A stretch of DNA of 64,000 nt from Fimbriosthenelais zetlandica (Eukaryota). The stretch lies in assembly GCA_977030845.1 (NCBI GenBank), contig OZ365118.1, positions 22,382,001-22,446,000 of the forward strand, in the 5' to 3' direction. The number at the start of each line of letters is the position of its first letter. Positions within the stretch are counted from its first letter, which is position 1. The notes under the pieces are model-generated. The model did no database searches. It was not told where the DNA came from and saw only the letters and a list, made by a program, of their open reading frames with translations. Both the position numbers and the translations under genes were made by a program. Positions 12,901 through 27,900 of the stretch are shown here, in pieces.

Positions 12901-15900
12901 TGCCAAATACAACTGCAATGCCTACTACAATCTCAATGCCCAATATAACCTCAATGCCCAATATAACCTCAATGCCTAATGCAACTGCAATGCCTACTAC
13001 AATCACAATGCCAAATACAACAGCAATGCCTAATACAACCTCAATGCCAAATATAACAGCAATGCCTAATACAACTGCAATGCCTACTACAATCTCAATG
13101 CCCAATATAACCTCAATGCCAAATACAACTGCAATGCCTACTACAATCTCAATGCCAAATATAACAGCAATGCCAAATACAACTGCAATGCCTAATACAA
13201 CCGCAATGCCAAATACAACAGCAATGCCTAATACAACCTCAATGCCAAATATAACAGCAATGCCTAATACAACTGCAATGCCTAATACAACTGCAATGCC
13301 TACTACAACCTCAATGCCAAATATAACAGCAATGCCTAATACAACTGCAATGCCTACTACAATCTCAATGCCCAATATAACCTCAATGCCAAATACAACA
13401 GCAATGCCTAATACAACTGCAATGCCTACTACAATCTCAATGCCAAATACAACTGCAATGCCTAATACAACTGCAATGCCTACTACAATCTCAATGCCCA
13501 ATATAACCTCAATGCCCAATATAACCTCAATGCCCAATATAACCTCAATGCCCAATATAACCTCAATGCCAAATACAACTGCAATGCCTACTACAATCTC
13601 AATGCCAAATATCACAGCAATGCCTAATACAACTGCAATGCCTACTACAATCTCAATGCCAAATATCACAGCAATGCCAAATACAACTGCAATGCCTAAT
13701 ACAACCTCAATGCCAAATACAACTGCAATGCCTACTACAATCTCAATGCCAAATATCACAGCAATGCCAAATACAACTGCAATGCCCAATATAACCTCAA
13801 TGCCAAATACAACTGCAATGCCTACTACAATCTCAATGCCAAATATCACAGCAATGCCTAATACAACTGCAATGCCTACTACAATCTCAATGCCAAATAT
13901 CACAGCAATGCCTAATACAACTGCAATGCCTACTACAATCTCAATGCCAAATATCACAGCAATGCCAAATACAACTGCAATGCCTACTACAATCTCAATG
14001 CCAAATATCACAGCAATGCCAAATACAACTGCAATGCCTAATACAACCTCAATGCCAAATACAACTGCAATGCCAAATACAACAGCAATGCCTAATACAA
14101 CTGCAATGCCTACTACAATCTCAATGCCAAATACAACTGCAATGTCTAATACAACTGCAATGCCTACTACAATCTCAATGCCCAATATAACCTCAATGCC
14201 TAATGCCACTGCAATGCCTACTACAATCTCAATGCCAAATATAACAGCAATGCCAAATACAACTGCAATGCCTAATACAACCTCAATGCCAAATACAACT
14301 GCAATGCCTACTACAATCTCAATGCCCAATATAACCTCAATGCCAAATACAACTGCAATGCCTACTACAATCTCAATGCCCAATATAACCTCAATGCCAA
14401 ATACAACTGCAATGCCTAATACAACTGCAATGCCTACTACAATCTCAATGCCCAATATAACCTCAATGCCCAATATAACCTCAATGCTTAATGCAACTGC
14501 AATGCCTACTACAATCTCAATGCCAAATATAACAGCAATGCCAAATACAACTGCAATGCCTAATACAACCTCAATGCCAAATACAACTGCAATGCCTACT
14601 ACAATCTCAATGCCCAATATAACCTCAATGCCAAATACAACTGCAATGCCTACTACAATCTCAATGCCCAATATAACCTCAATGCCAAATACAACTGCAA
14701 TGCCTACTACAATCTCAATGCCCAATATAACCTCAATGTCAAATACAACTGCAATGCCTAATACAACTGAAATGCCTACTACAATCTCAATGCCAAATAC
14801 AACTGCAATGCCAAATATAACAGCAATGCCTAATGCAACTGCAATGCCTACTACAACCTCAATGCCAAATATAACAGCAATGCCTAATACAACCGCAATG
14901 CCTAATACAACCTCAATGCCCAATACAACTGCAATGCCTACTACAATCTCAATGCCCAATATAACCTCAATGTCAAATATAACCGCAATGCCTAATACAA
15001 CCGCAATGCCTAATACAACAGCAATGCCTAATACAACTGCAATGCCTACTACAATCTCAATGCCCAATATAACAGCAATGCCTAATACAACCGCAATGCC
15101 TAATACAACCTCAATGCCTAATACAACCTCAATGCCAAATACAACTGCAATGCCTACTACAATCTCAATGCCCAATATAACCTCAATGTCAAATACAACA
15201 GCAATGCCTAATACAACTGCAATGCCTACTACAATCTCAATGCCAAATACAACCTCAATGCCTAATGCAACTGCAATGCCTAATACAACCTCAATGCCAA
15301 ATATAACTGCAATGCCTAGCACAACTGCAATGCCTACTACAATCTCAATGCCTAATATAACCGCAATGCTTAATACAACTGTAATGCCTATTACAACTGC
15401 AATGCCTAATACAACTGCAATGCCAAATACAACAGCAATGCCTCGTACAATGAATATAACACAGTCAATGTTAAATACAACTGCAATGCCTAGGATCTCA
15501 AATAACATTACCACAGCAATGCCTAATACAACCTCAATGCCAGGCACGCCCAAACTGAATGCTACAACTGCACTGCCCCATTCAACCACAATGATGCCAA
15601 GTATGTGTTCTTTATGTGTTCTCTGTATATGTCCTGTCATCTGTATGTTGTTTGTGTTCTTCTATATGTGTTCTCCATGTTTCGTATGTCTGGTTGCAAT
15701 GACAACCGAAGGAGATGACAGAAAATTCAGCATAAAGTCTTTAAAGAAAGTACAACCAGAATCTCTTATACAGAAGCAGTTACTATCGCAGCAGTGGACA
15801 CGGGAGGAGGAGTGTCTCCACCTGATACAGGTCAACAGGCACCACTACAATTCCCAGCTTTACCAACTGTGAGCAGAACAAACCAGCAAACCCAAGGTAA

Positions 15901-18900
15901 CACATACTTTCTCCCTTCACTCATAAATACTGCTTAATTAAATCATATTGCCCATCAAGTGGGGACATTGGGGCTCCTGGAAGGCTGCTGCTGGCACATT
16001 ATCTAACTGAGCTTACTTTTATTTCAGCTACTTTCCTCTTGGAATGTGAAGAACCTCGGGATAGCAATGGTAACATCGCCAAGGTTAGTGACCTTTGTTG
16101 GTTGGACGATTCTACACTCATGCTAACTCAAAAGTCTGCTCAACGTGTCATCCACATCCACATCGAGTGGGAGAACTTGGCATGTACACACGATATAGTC
16201 GACTCAGGCTTCACACCTGAAAGTATCACCTGCTCACATTCAAGAGAAATCTATGTGACAGACAGCGACAAAGTGGTGAGAATCTACAAGCATCACAACA
16301 AAACAACCTGGATACCTCAAAGTGCAGCAGACATCCATTCTGTACATGTTATAGGTGATCGTTACTTTGTCACAGCTGAGACAGGACCAGTCTACGTTTA
16401 TAACAAGGCCAGACAGTTGGAGAGGACTCTGCCCATTGGTACTGGCCAGTTCAACTTGAGAGATGTCCACATCAGAGAGGACGGCCTCTTCTTTGCCACT
16501 ACTAGTGATGGCCATCAACTTGTCTTATATAACCTGGTAGATTCTAACCTCGTCACAGCTGGAGGACTTGGATCATCAGATGGTGATTTCAATTCACCTA
16601 TAGGGGCTACAGCTGGCCCAGGTAGAACCATAATGGTGAGTGACTATAACAACAACAGAATCAGTGTCTTCTCAGATGATGGCCAATTCCTACAGCAGTT
16701 GCAGCAAGTTGGCTCTGGCACCACTTTCAGCCAGCCCTGGGCTATTGCCTACCGACCATATTCAGGCAGTTACACCTCTGGACATCTGGTTCTCTCTCAT
16801 CTTCAATACATCAGATTTTATGAGGTATCTACTACAAGTCCATCTCTACCTGCACAGCCTCCTCCCCTCCAATTCCAAGTTTTACCAAGTATCACCAGAA
16901 CAAACCAGCAAACCCAAGGTAGGACCTACTTTCTCCCTTCACTCATAAATACTGCATAAATAAATCATAGTGACCATCAAGGCTACTGCTGGTACATTAT
17001 CTAACTGAGCTCACTTTTATTTCAGCTACTTTCCTCTTGGAATGTGAAGAACCTCGGGATAGCAATGGTAACATCGCCAAGGTTAGTGACCTTTGTTGGT
17101 TGGACGATTCTACACTCATGCTAACTCAAAAGTCTGCTCAACGTGTCATCCATATCCACATCGAGTGGGAGAACTTGGCATGTACACACGATATAGTCGA
17201 CTCAGGCTTCACACCTGAAAGTATCACCTGCTCACATTCAAGAGAAATCTATGTGACAGACAGCGACAAAGTGGTGAGAATCTACAAACATCACGACAAA
17301 ACAACCTGGATACCTCAAAGTGCAGCAGACATCCATTCTGTACATGTTATAGGTGATCGTTACTTTGTCACAGCTGAGACAGGACCAGTCTACGTTTATA
17401 ACAAGGCCAGACAGTTGGAGAGGACTCTGCCCATTGGTACTGGCCAGTTCAACTTGAGAGATGTCCACATCAGAGAGGACGGCCTCTTCTTTGCCACTAC
17501 TAGTAATGGCCATCAACTTGTCTTATATAACCTAGTAGATTCTAACCTCGTCACAGCTGGAGGACTTGGATCATCAGATGGTGATTTCAATTCACCTATA
17601 GGGGCTACAGCTGGCCCAGGTAGAACCATAATGGTGAGTGACTATAACAACAACAGAATCAGTGTCTTCTCAGATGATGGTCAATTCCTACAGCAGTTGC
17701 CGCAAGTTGGTTCTGGCGCCACTTTCAGCCAGCCCTGGGCTATTGCCTACCGACCATATTCAGGCAGTTACACCTCTGGACATCTGGTTCTCTCTCATCT
17801 TCAATACATCAGATTTTATGAGGTATCTACTACAAGTCCATCTCTACCTGCACAGCCTCCTCCCCTCCAATTCCAAGTTTTACCAAGTATCACCAGAACA
17901 AATCAGCAAACCCAAGGTAACACATACTTTCTCCCTTCACTCATAAATACTGCTTAATTAAATCATAGTGACCATCAAGCGGGGGCATTGGGGCTCCTGG
18001 AAGGCTGCTGCTGGCACATTATCTAACTGAGCTCACTTTTATTTCAGCTACTTTCCTCTTGGAATGTGAAGAACCTCGGGATAGCAATGGTAACATCGCC
18101 AAGGTTAGTGACCTTTGTTGGTTGGACGATTCTACACTCATGCTGACTCAAAAGTCTGCTCAACGTGTCATCCATATCCACATCGAGTGGGAGAACTTGG
18201 CATGTACACACGATATAGTCGACTCAGGCTTCACACCTGAAAGTATCACCTGCTCACATTCAAGAGAAATCTATGTGACAGACAGCGACAAAGTGGTGAG
18301 AATCTACAAGCATCACAACAAAACAACCTGGATACCTCAAAGTGCAGCAGACATCCATTCTGTACATGTTATAGGTGATCGTTACTTTGTCACAGCTGAG
18401 ACAGGACCAGTCTACGTTTATAACAAGGCCAGACAGTTGGAGAGGACTCTGCCCATTGGTACTGGCCAGTTCAACTTGAGAGATGTCCACATCAGAGAGG
18501 ACGGCCTCTTCTTTGCCACTACTAGTGATGGCCATCAACTTGTCTTATATAACCTGGTAGATTCTAACCTCGTCACAGCTGGAGGACTTGGATCATCAGA
18601 TGGTGATTTCAATTCACCTATAGGGGCTACAGCTGGCCCAGGTAGAACCATAATGGTGAGTGACTATAACAACAACAGAATCAGTGTCTTCTCAGATGAT
18701 GGTCAATTCCTACAGCAGTTGCAGCAAGTTGGCTCTGGCACCACTTTCAGCCAGCCCTGGGCTATTGCCTACCGACCATATTCAGGCAGTTACACCTCTG
18801 GACATCTAGTTCTCTCTCATCTTCAATACATCAGATTTTATGAGGTATCTACTACAAGTCCATCTCTACCTGCACAGCCTCCTCCCCTCCAATTCCAAGT

Positions 18901-21900
18901 TTTACCAAGTATCACCAGAACAAATCAGCAAACCCAAGGTAACACATACTTTCTCCTTTCACTCATAAATACTGCTTAATTAAATCATAGTGACCATCAA
19001 GCGGGGGCATTGGGGCTCCTGGAAGGCTGCTGCTGGCACATTATCTAACTGAGCTCACTTTTATTTCAGCTACTTTCCTCTTGGAATGTGAAGAACCTAG
19101 GGATAGCAATGGTAACATCGCCAAGGTTAGTGACCTTTGTTGGTTGGACGATTCTACACTCATGCTGACTCAAAAGTCTGCTCAACGTGTCATCCATATC
19201 CACATCGAGTGGGAGAACTTGGCATGTACACACGATATAGTCGACTCAGGCTTCACACCTGAAAGTATCACCTGCTCACATTCAAGAGAAATCTATGTGA
19301 CAGACAGCGACAAAGTGGTGAGAATCTACAAGCATCACAACAAAACAACCTGGATACCTCAAAGTGCAGCAGACATCCATTCTGTACATGTTATAGGTGA
19401 TCGTTACTTTGTCACAGCTGAGACAGGACCAGTCTACGTTTATAACAAGGCCAGACAGTTGGAGAGGACTCTGCCCATTGGTACTGGCCAGTTCAACTTG
19501 AGAGATGTCCACATCAGAGAGGACGGCCTCTTCTTTGCCACTACTAGTGATGGCCATCAACTTGTCTTATATAACCTGGTAGATTCTAACCTCGTCACAG
19601 CTGGAGGACTTGGATCATCAGATGGTGATTTCAATTCACCTATAGGGGCTACAGCTGGCCCAGGTAGAACCATAATGGTGAGTGACTATAACAACAACAG
19701 AATCAGTGTCTTCTCAGATGATGGTCAATTCCTACAGCAGTTGCAGCAAGTTGACTCTGGCACCACTTTCAGCCGGCCCTGGGCTATTGCCTACCGACCA
19801 TATTCAGGCAGTTACACCTCTGGACATTTGGTTCTCTCTCATCTTCAATACATCAGATTTTATGAGGTATCTACTACAAGTCCATCTCTACCAGGGACAG
19901 GCACCTTGCCAGGTGCACAGCCTCCTCCCCTCCAATTCCCAGTTTTACCAAGTATCACCAGAACAAACCAGCAAACCCAAGGTAAGACATACTTTCTCCC
20001 TTCACTCATAAATACTCCTTAATTAAATCATATTGCCCATCAAGGCTACTGCTGGCACATTAACTAACTGAGCTCACTTTTATTTCAGCTTCTTTCCTCT
20101 TGGAATGTGAAGAACCTCGGGATAGCAATGGTAACATCGCCAAGGTTAGTGACCTTTGTTGGTTGGACGATTCTACACTCATGCTAACTCAAAAGTCTGC
20201 TCAACGTGTCATCCATATCCACATCGAGTGGGAGAACTTGGCATGTACACACGATATAGTCGACTCAGGCTTCACACCTGAAAGTATCACCTGCTCACAT
20301 TCAAGAGAAATCTATGTGACAGACAGCGACAAAGTGGTGAGAATCTACAAGCATCACAACAAAACAACCTGGATACCTCAAAGTGCAGCAGACATCCATT
20401 CTGTACATGTTATAGGTGATCGTTACTTTGTCACAGCTGAGACAGGACCAGTCTACGTTTATAACAAGGCCAGACAGTTGGAGACGACTCTGCCCATTGG
20501 TACTGGCCAGTTCAACTTGAGAGATGTCCACATCAGAGAGGACGGCCTCTTCTTTGCCACTACTAGTGATGGCCATCAACTTGTCTTATATAACCTGGTA
20601 GATTCTAACCTCGTCACAGCTGGAGGACTTGGATCATCAGATGGTGATTTCAATTCACCTATAGGGGCTACAGCTGGCCCAGGTAGAACCATAATGGTGA
20701 GTGACTATAACAACAACAGAATCAGTGTCTTCTCAGATGATGGCCAATTCCTACAGCAGTTGCAGCAAGTTGGCTCTGGCGCCACTTTCAGCCAGCCCTG
20801 GGCTATTGCCTACCGACCATATTCAGGCAGTTACACCTCTGGACATCTGGTTCTCTCTCATCTTCAATACATCAGATTTTATGAGGTATCTACTACAAGT
20901 CCATCTCTACCTGCACAGCCTCCTCCCCTCCAATTCCAAGTTTTACCAAGTATCACCAGAACAAATCAGCAAACCCAAGGTAACACATACTTTCTCCCTT
21001 CACTCATAAATACTGCTTAATTAAATCATGTTGCCTATCAAGGCTACTGCTGACAAATTAACTAACTGAGCTCGCTTTTATTTCAGCTACTTTACTCTTG
21101 GAATGTGAAGAACCTCGGGATAGCAATGGTAACATCGCCAAGGTTAGTGACCTTTGTTGGTTGGACGATTCTACACTCATGCTAACTCAAAAGTCTGCTC
21201 AACGTGTCATCCACATCCACATCGAGTGGGAGAACTTGGCATGTACACACGATATAGTCGACTCAGGCTTCACCCCTGAAAGTATCACCTGCTCACATTC
21301 AAGAGAAATCTATGTGACAGACAGCGACAAAGTGGTGAGAATCTACAAGCATCACAACAAAACAACCTGGATACCTCAAAGTGCAGCAGACATCCATTCT
21401 GTACATGTTATAGGTGATCGTTACTTTGTCACAGCTGAGACAGGACCAGTCTACGTTTATAACAAGGCCAGACAGTTGGAGAGGACTCTGCCCATTGGTA
21501 CTGGCCAGTTCAACTTGAGAGATGTCCACATCAGAGAGGACGGCCTCTTCTTTGCCACTACTAGTGATGGCCATCAACTTGTCTTATATAACCTGGTAGA
21601 TTCTAACCTCGTCACAGCTGGAGGACTTGGATCATCAGATGGTGATTTCAATTCACCTATAGGGGCTACAGGTGGCCCAGGTAGAACCATAATGGTGAGT
21701 GACTATAACAACAACAGAATCAGTGTCTTCTCAGATGATGGTCAATTCCTACAGCAGTTGCAGCAAGTTGGCTCTGGCACCACTTTCAGCCAGCCCTGGG
21801 CTATTGCCTACCGACCATATTCAGGCAGTTACACCTCTGGACATCTGGTTCTCTCTCATCTTCAATACATCAGATTTTATGAGGTATCTACTACAAGTCC

Positions 21901-24900
21901 ATCTCTACCTGCACAGCCTCCTCCCCTCCAATTCCAAGTTTTACCAAGTATCACCAGAACAAATCAGCAAACCCAAGGTAAGACCTACTTTCTCCCTTCA
22001 CTCATAAATACTGCTTAATTAAATCATAGTGACCATCAAGCGGGGGCATTGGGGCTCCTGGAAGGCTGCTGCTGGCACATTATCTAACTGAGCTCACTTT
22101 TATTTCAGCTACTTTCCTCTTGGAATGTGAAGAACCTCGGGATAGCAATGGTAACATCGCCAAGGTTAGTGACCTTTGTTGGTTGGACGATTCTACACTC
22201 ATGCTAACTCAAAAGTCTGCTCAACGTGTCATCCACATCCACATCGAGTGGGAGAATTTGGCATGTACACACGATATAGTCGACTCAGGCTTCACACCTG
22301 AAAGTATCACCTGCTCACATTCAAGAGAAATCTATGTGACAGACAGCGACAAAGTGGTGAGAATCTACAAGCATCACAACAAAACAACCTGGATACCTCA
22401 AAGTGCAGCAGACATCCATTCTGTACATGTTATAGGTGATCGTTACTTTGTCACAGCTGAGACAGGACCAGTCTACGTTTATAACAAGGCCAGACAGTTG
22501 GAGAGGACTCTGCCCATTGGTACTGGCCAGTTCAACTTGAGAGATGTCCACATCAGAGAGGACGGCCTCTTCTTTGCCACTACTAGTGATGGCCATCAAC
22601 TTGTCTTATATAACCTGGTAGATTCTAACCTCGTCACAGCTGGAGGACTTGGATCATCAGATGGTGATTTCAATTCACCTATAGGGGCTACAGCTGGCCC
22701 AGGTAGAACCATAATGGTGAGTGACTATAACAACAACAGAATCAGTGTCTTCTCAGATGATGGTCAATTCCTACAGCAGTTGCAGCAAGTTGACTCTGGC
22801 ACCACTTTCAGCCAGCCCTGGGCTATTGCCTACCGACCATATTCAGGCAGTTACACCTCTGGACATTTGGTTCTCTCTCATCTTCAATACATCAGATTTT
22901 ATGAGGTATCTACTACAAGTCCATCTCTACCAGGGACAGGCACCTTGCCAGGTGCACAGCCTCCTCCCCTCCAATTCCCAGTTTTACCAAGTATCACCAG
23001 AACAAACCAGCAAACCCAAGGTAAGACATACTTTCTCCCTTCACTCATAAATACTCCTTAATTAAATCATATTGCCCATCAAGGCTACTGCTGGCACATT
23101 AACTAACTGAGCTCACTTTTATTTCAGCTTCTTTCCTCTTGGAATGTGAAGAACCTCGGGATAGCAATGGTAACATCGCCAAGGTTAGTGACCTTTGTTG
23201 GTTGGACGATTCTACACTCATGCTAACTCAAAAGTCTGCTCAACGTGTCATCCATATCCACATCGAGTGGGAGAACTTGGCATGTACACACGATATAGTC
23301 GACTCAGGCTTCACACCTGAAAGTATCACCTGCTCACATTCAAGAGAAATCTATGTGACAGACAGCGACAAAGTGGTGAGAATCTACAAGCATCACAACA
23401 AAACAACCTGGATACCTCAAAGTGCAGCAGACATCCATTCTGTACATGTTATAGGTGATCGTTACTTTGTCACAGCTGAGACAGGACCAGTCTACGTTTA
23501 TAACAAGGCCAGACAGTTGGAGACGACTCTGCCCATTGGTACTGGCCAGTTCAACTTGAGAGATGTCCACATCAGAGAGGACGGCCTCTTCTTTGCCACT
23601 ACTAGTGATGGCCATCAACTTGTCTTATATAACCTGGTAGATTCTAACCTCGTCACAGCTGGAGGACTTGGATCATCAGATGGTGATTTCAATTCACCTA
23701 TAGGGGCTACAGCTGGCCCAGGTAGAACCATAATGGTGAGTGACTATAACAACAACAGAATCAGTGTCTTCTCAGATGATGGCCAATTCCTACAGCAGTT
23801 GCAGCAAGTTGGTTCTGGCGCCACTTTCAGCCAGCCCTGGGCTATTGCCTACCGACCATATTCAGGCAGTTACACCTCTGGACATCTGGTTCTCTCTCAT
23901 CTTCAATACATCAGATTTTATGAGGTATCTACTACAAGTCCATCTCTACCTGCACAGCCTCCTCCCCTCCAATTCCAAGTTTTACCAAGTATCACCAGAA
24001 CAAATCAGCAAACCCAAGGTAACACATACTTTCTCCCTTCACTCATAAATACTGCTTAATTAAATCATATTGCCCATCAAGTGGGGACATTGGGGCTCCT
24101 GGAAGGATACTGCTGGCACATTATCTAACTGAGCTCGCTTTTATTTCAGCTTCTTTCCTCTTGGAATGTGAAGAACCTAGGGATAGCAATGGTAACATCG
24201 CCAAGGTTAGTGACCTTTGTTGGTTGGACGATTCTACACTCATGCTAACTCAAAAGTCTGCTCAACGTGTCATCCACATCCACATCGAGTGGGAGAACTT
24301 GGCATGTACACACGATATAGTCGACTCAGGCTTCACACCTGAAAGTATCACCTGCTCACATTCAAGAGAAATCTATGTGACAGACAGCGACAAAGTGGTG
24401 AGAATCTACAAGCATCACAACAAAACAACCTGGATACCTCAAAGTGCAGCAGACATCCATTCTGTACATGTTATAGGTGATCGTTACTTTGTCACAGCTG
24501 AGACAGGACCAGTCTACGTTTATAACAAGGCCAGACAGTTGGAGAGGACTCTGCCCATTGGTACTGGCCAGTTCAACTTGAGAGATGTCCACATCAGAGA
24601 GGACGGCCTCTTCTTTGCCACTACTAGTGATGGCCATCAACTTGTCTTATATAACCTGGTAGATTCTAACCTTGTCACAGCTGGAGGACTTGGATCATCA
24701 GATGGTGATTTCAATTCACCTATAGGGGCTACAGCTGGCCCAGGTAGAACCATAATGGTGAGTGACTATAACAACAACAGAATCAGTGTCTTCGCAGATG
24801 ATGGCCAATTCCTACAGCAGTTGCAGCAAGTTGGCTCTGGCGCCACTTTCAGCCAGCCCTGGGCTATTGCCTACCGACCATATTCAGGCAGTTACACCTC

Positions 24901-27900
24901 TGGACATCTGGTTCTCTCTCATCTTCAATACATCAGATTTTATGAGGTATCTACTACAAGTCCATCTCTACCTGCACAGCCTCCTCCCCTCCAATTCCAA
25001 GTTTTACCAAGTATCACCAGAACAAACCAGCAAACCCAAGGTAAGACATACTTTCTCCCTTCACTCATAAATACTGCATAATTAAATCATAGTGACCATC
25101 AAGGCTACTTCTGGCACATTAACTAACTGAGCTCGCTTTTATTTCAGCTACTTTCCTCTTGGAATGTGAAGAACCTCGGGATAGCAATGGTAACATCGCC
25201 AAGGTTAGTGACCTTTGTTGGTTGGACGATTCTACACTCATGCTAACTCAAAAGTCTGCTCAACGTGTCATCCACATCCACATCGAGTGGGAGAACTTGG
25301 CATGTACACACGATATAGTCGACTCAGGCTTCACACCTGAAAGTATCACCTGCTCACATTCAAGAGAAATCTATGTGACAGACAGCGACAAAGTGGTGAG
25401 AATCTACAAGCATCACAACAAAACAACCTGGATACCTCAAAGTGCAGCAGACATCCATTCTGTACATGTTATAGGTGATCGGTACTTTGTCACAGCTGAG
25501 ACAGGACCAGTCTACGTTTATAACAAGGCCAGACAGTTGGAGAGGACTCTGCCCATTGGTACTGGCCAGTTCAACTTGAGAGATGTCCACATCAGAGAGG
25601 ACGGCCTCTTCTTTGCCACTACTAGTGATGGCCATCAACTTGTCTTATATAACCTGGTAGATTCTAACCTCGTCACAGCTGGAGGACTTGGATCATCAGA
25701 TGGTGATTTCAATTCACCTATAGGGGCTACAGCTGGCCCAGGTAGAACCATAATGGTGAGTGACTATAACAACAACAGAATCAGTGTCTTCTCAGATGAT
25801 GGTCAATTCCTACAGCAGTTGCAGCAAGTTGGCTCTGGCACCACTTTCAGCCAGCCCTGGGCTATTGCCTACCGACCATATTCAGGCAGTTACACCTCTG
25901 GACATTTGGTTCTCTCTCATCTTCAATACATCAGATTTTATGAGGTATCTACTACAAGTCCATCTCTACCTGCACAGCCTCCTCCCCTCCAATTCCCAGT
26001 TTTACCAAGTATCACCAGAACAAACCAGCAAACCCAAGGTAAGACATACTTTCTCCCTTCACTCATAAATACTGCTTAATTAAATCATGTTGCCCATCAA
26101 GTGGGGGCATTGGGGCTCCTGGAAGGCTGCTGCTGGCACATTATCTAACTTAGCTCACTTTTATTTCAGCTACTTTCCTCTTGGAATGTGAAGAACCTCG
26201 GGATAGCAATGGTAACATCGCCAAGGTTAGTGATCTTTGTTGGTTGGACGATTCTACACTCATGCTAACTCAAAAGTCTGCTCAACGTGTCATCCACATC
26301 CACATCGAGTGGGAGAACTTGGCATGTACACACGATATAGTCGACTCAGGCTTCACACCCGAAAGTATCACATGCTCACATTCAAGAGAAATCTATGTGA
26401 CAGACAGCGACAAAGTGGTGAGAATCTACAAGCATCACAACAAAACAACCTGGATACCTCAAAGTGCAGCAGACATCCATTCTGTACATGTTATAGGTGA
26501 TCGTTACTTTGTCACAGCTGAGACAGGACCAGTCTACGTTTATAACAAGGCCAGACAGTTGGAGAGGACTCTGCCCATTGGTACTGGCCAGTTCAACTTG
26601 AGAGATGTCCACATCAGAGAGGACGGCCTCTTTTTCGCCACTACTAGTAATGGCCATCAACTTGTCTTATATAACCTGGTAGATTCTAACCTCGTCACAG
26701 CTGGAGGACTTGGATCATCAGATGGTGATTTCAATTCACCTATAGGGGCTACAGGTGGCCCAGGTAGAACCATAATGGTGAGTGACTATAACAACAACAG
26801 AATCAGTGTCTTCTCAGATGATGGCCAATTCCTACAGCAGTTGCAGCAAGTTGGCTCTGGCGCTACTTTCAGCCAGCCCTGGGCTATTGCCTACCGACCA
26901 TATTCAGGCAGTTACACCTCTGGACATCTGGTTCTCTCTCATCTTCAATACATCAGATTTTATGAGGTATCTACTACAAGTCAATCTCTACCAGGGACAG
27001 GCACATTGCCAGGTGCACAGCCTCCTCCCCTCCAATTCCCAGTTTTACCAAGTATCACCAGAACAAACCAGCAAACCCAAGGTAAGACATACTTTCTCCC
27101 TTCACTCATAAATACTGCTTAATTAAATCATATTGCTCATCAAGTGGGGACATTGGGCCTCCTGGAAGGCTACTGCTGGCACATTAACTAACTGAGCTCG
27201 CTTTCATTTCAGCTAAATTCCTGTTTGAATGTGAAGAACCGCGGGATAGCAATGGACATATCGCGACAGTTAACGATCTTTGTTGGTTGGACGATTCTAC
27301 ACTCATGCTAACTCAAAAGTCTGCTCAACGTGTCATCCACATCCACATCGAGTGGGAGAACTTGGCATGTACACACGATATAGTCGACTCAGGCTTCACA
27401 CCTGAAAGTATCACCTGCTCACATTCAAGAGAAATCTATGTGACAGACAGCGACAAAGTGGTGAGAATCTACAAGCATCACAACAAAACAACCTGGATAC
27501 CTCAAAGTGCAGCAGACATCCATTCTGTACATGTTATAGGTGATCGTTACTTTGTCACAGCTGAGACAGGACCAGTCTACGTTTATAACAAGGCCAGACA
27601 GTTGGAGAAGACTCTGCCCATTGGTACTGGCCAGTTCAACTTGAGAGATGTCCACATCAGAGAGGACGGCCTCTTTTTCGCCACTACTAGTAATGGCCAT
27701 CAACTTGTCTTATATAACCTGGTAGATTCTAACCTTGTCGCAGTAGGGGGGCGTGGAAGTTCAGATGGTGATTTCAATTTACCTATAGGGGCTACAGCGG
27801 GCCCCAGTAGGACCATACTTGTGAGTGATTTCATAAACAACAGAATCAGTGTCTTCTCAGATGATGGTCAATTCCTACACCAATTAAACACAGATCGTTC

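Noticed and set aside
9323-15640. 2,105-aa antisense hydrophobic ORF (GIAVVL)n
   Set aside because: Shadow frame of the 18-bp mucin repeat; variation is synonymous in the sense frame.
15601-15872. Cys-rich hydrophobic C-terminus of the 2,442-aa ORF as a second TM
   Set aside because: It lies after a phase-1 GTATGT donor in (TG)-rich low-complexity sequence, so it is most likely intron.
1297-27122. About 19 separate ~306-345 aa genes (MECEEPRD...)
   Set aside because: The start is TTG 11 nt inside an exon; there is no signal peptide or promoter, and each unit has a branch point, acceptor and donor in matching phase.
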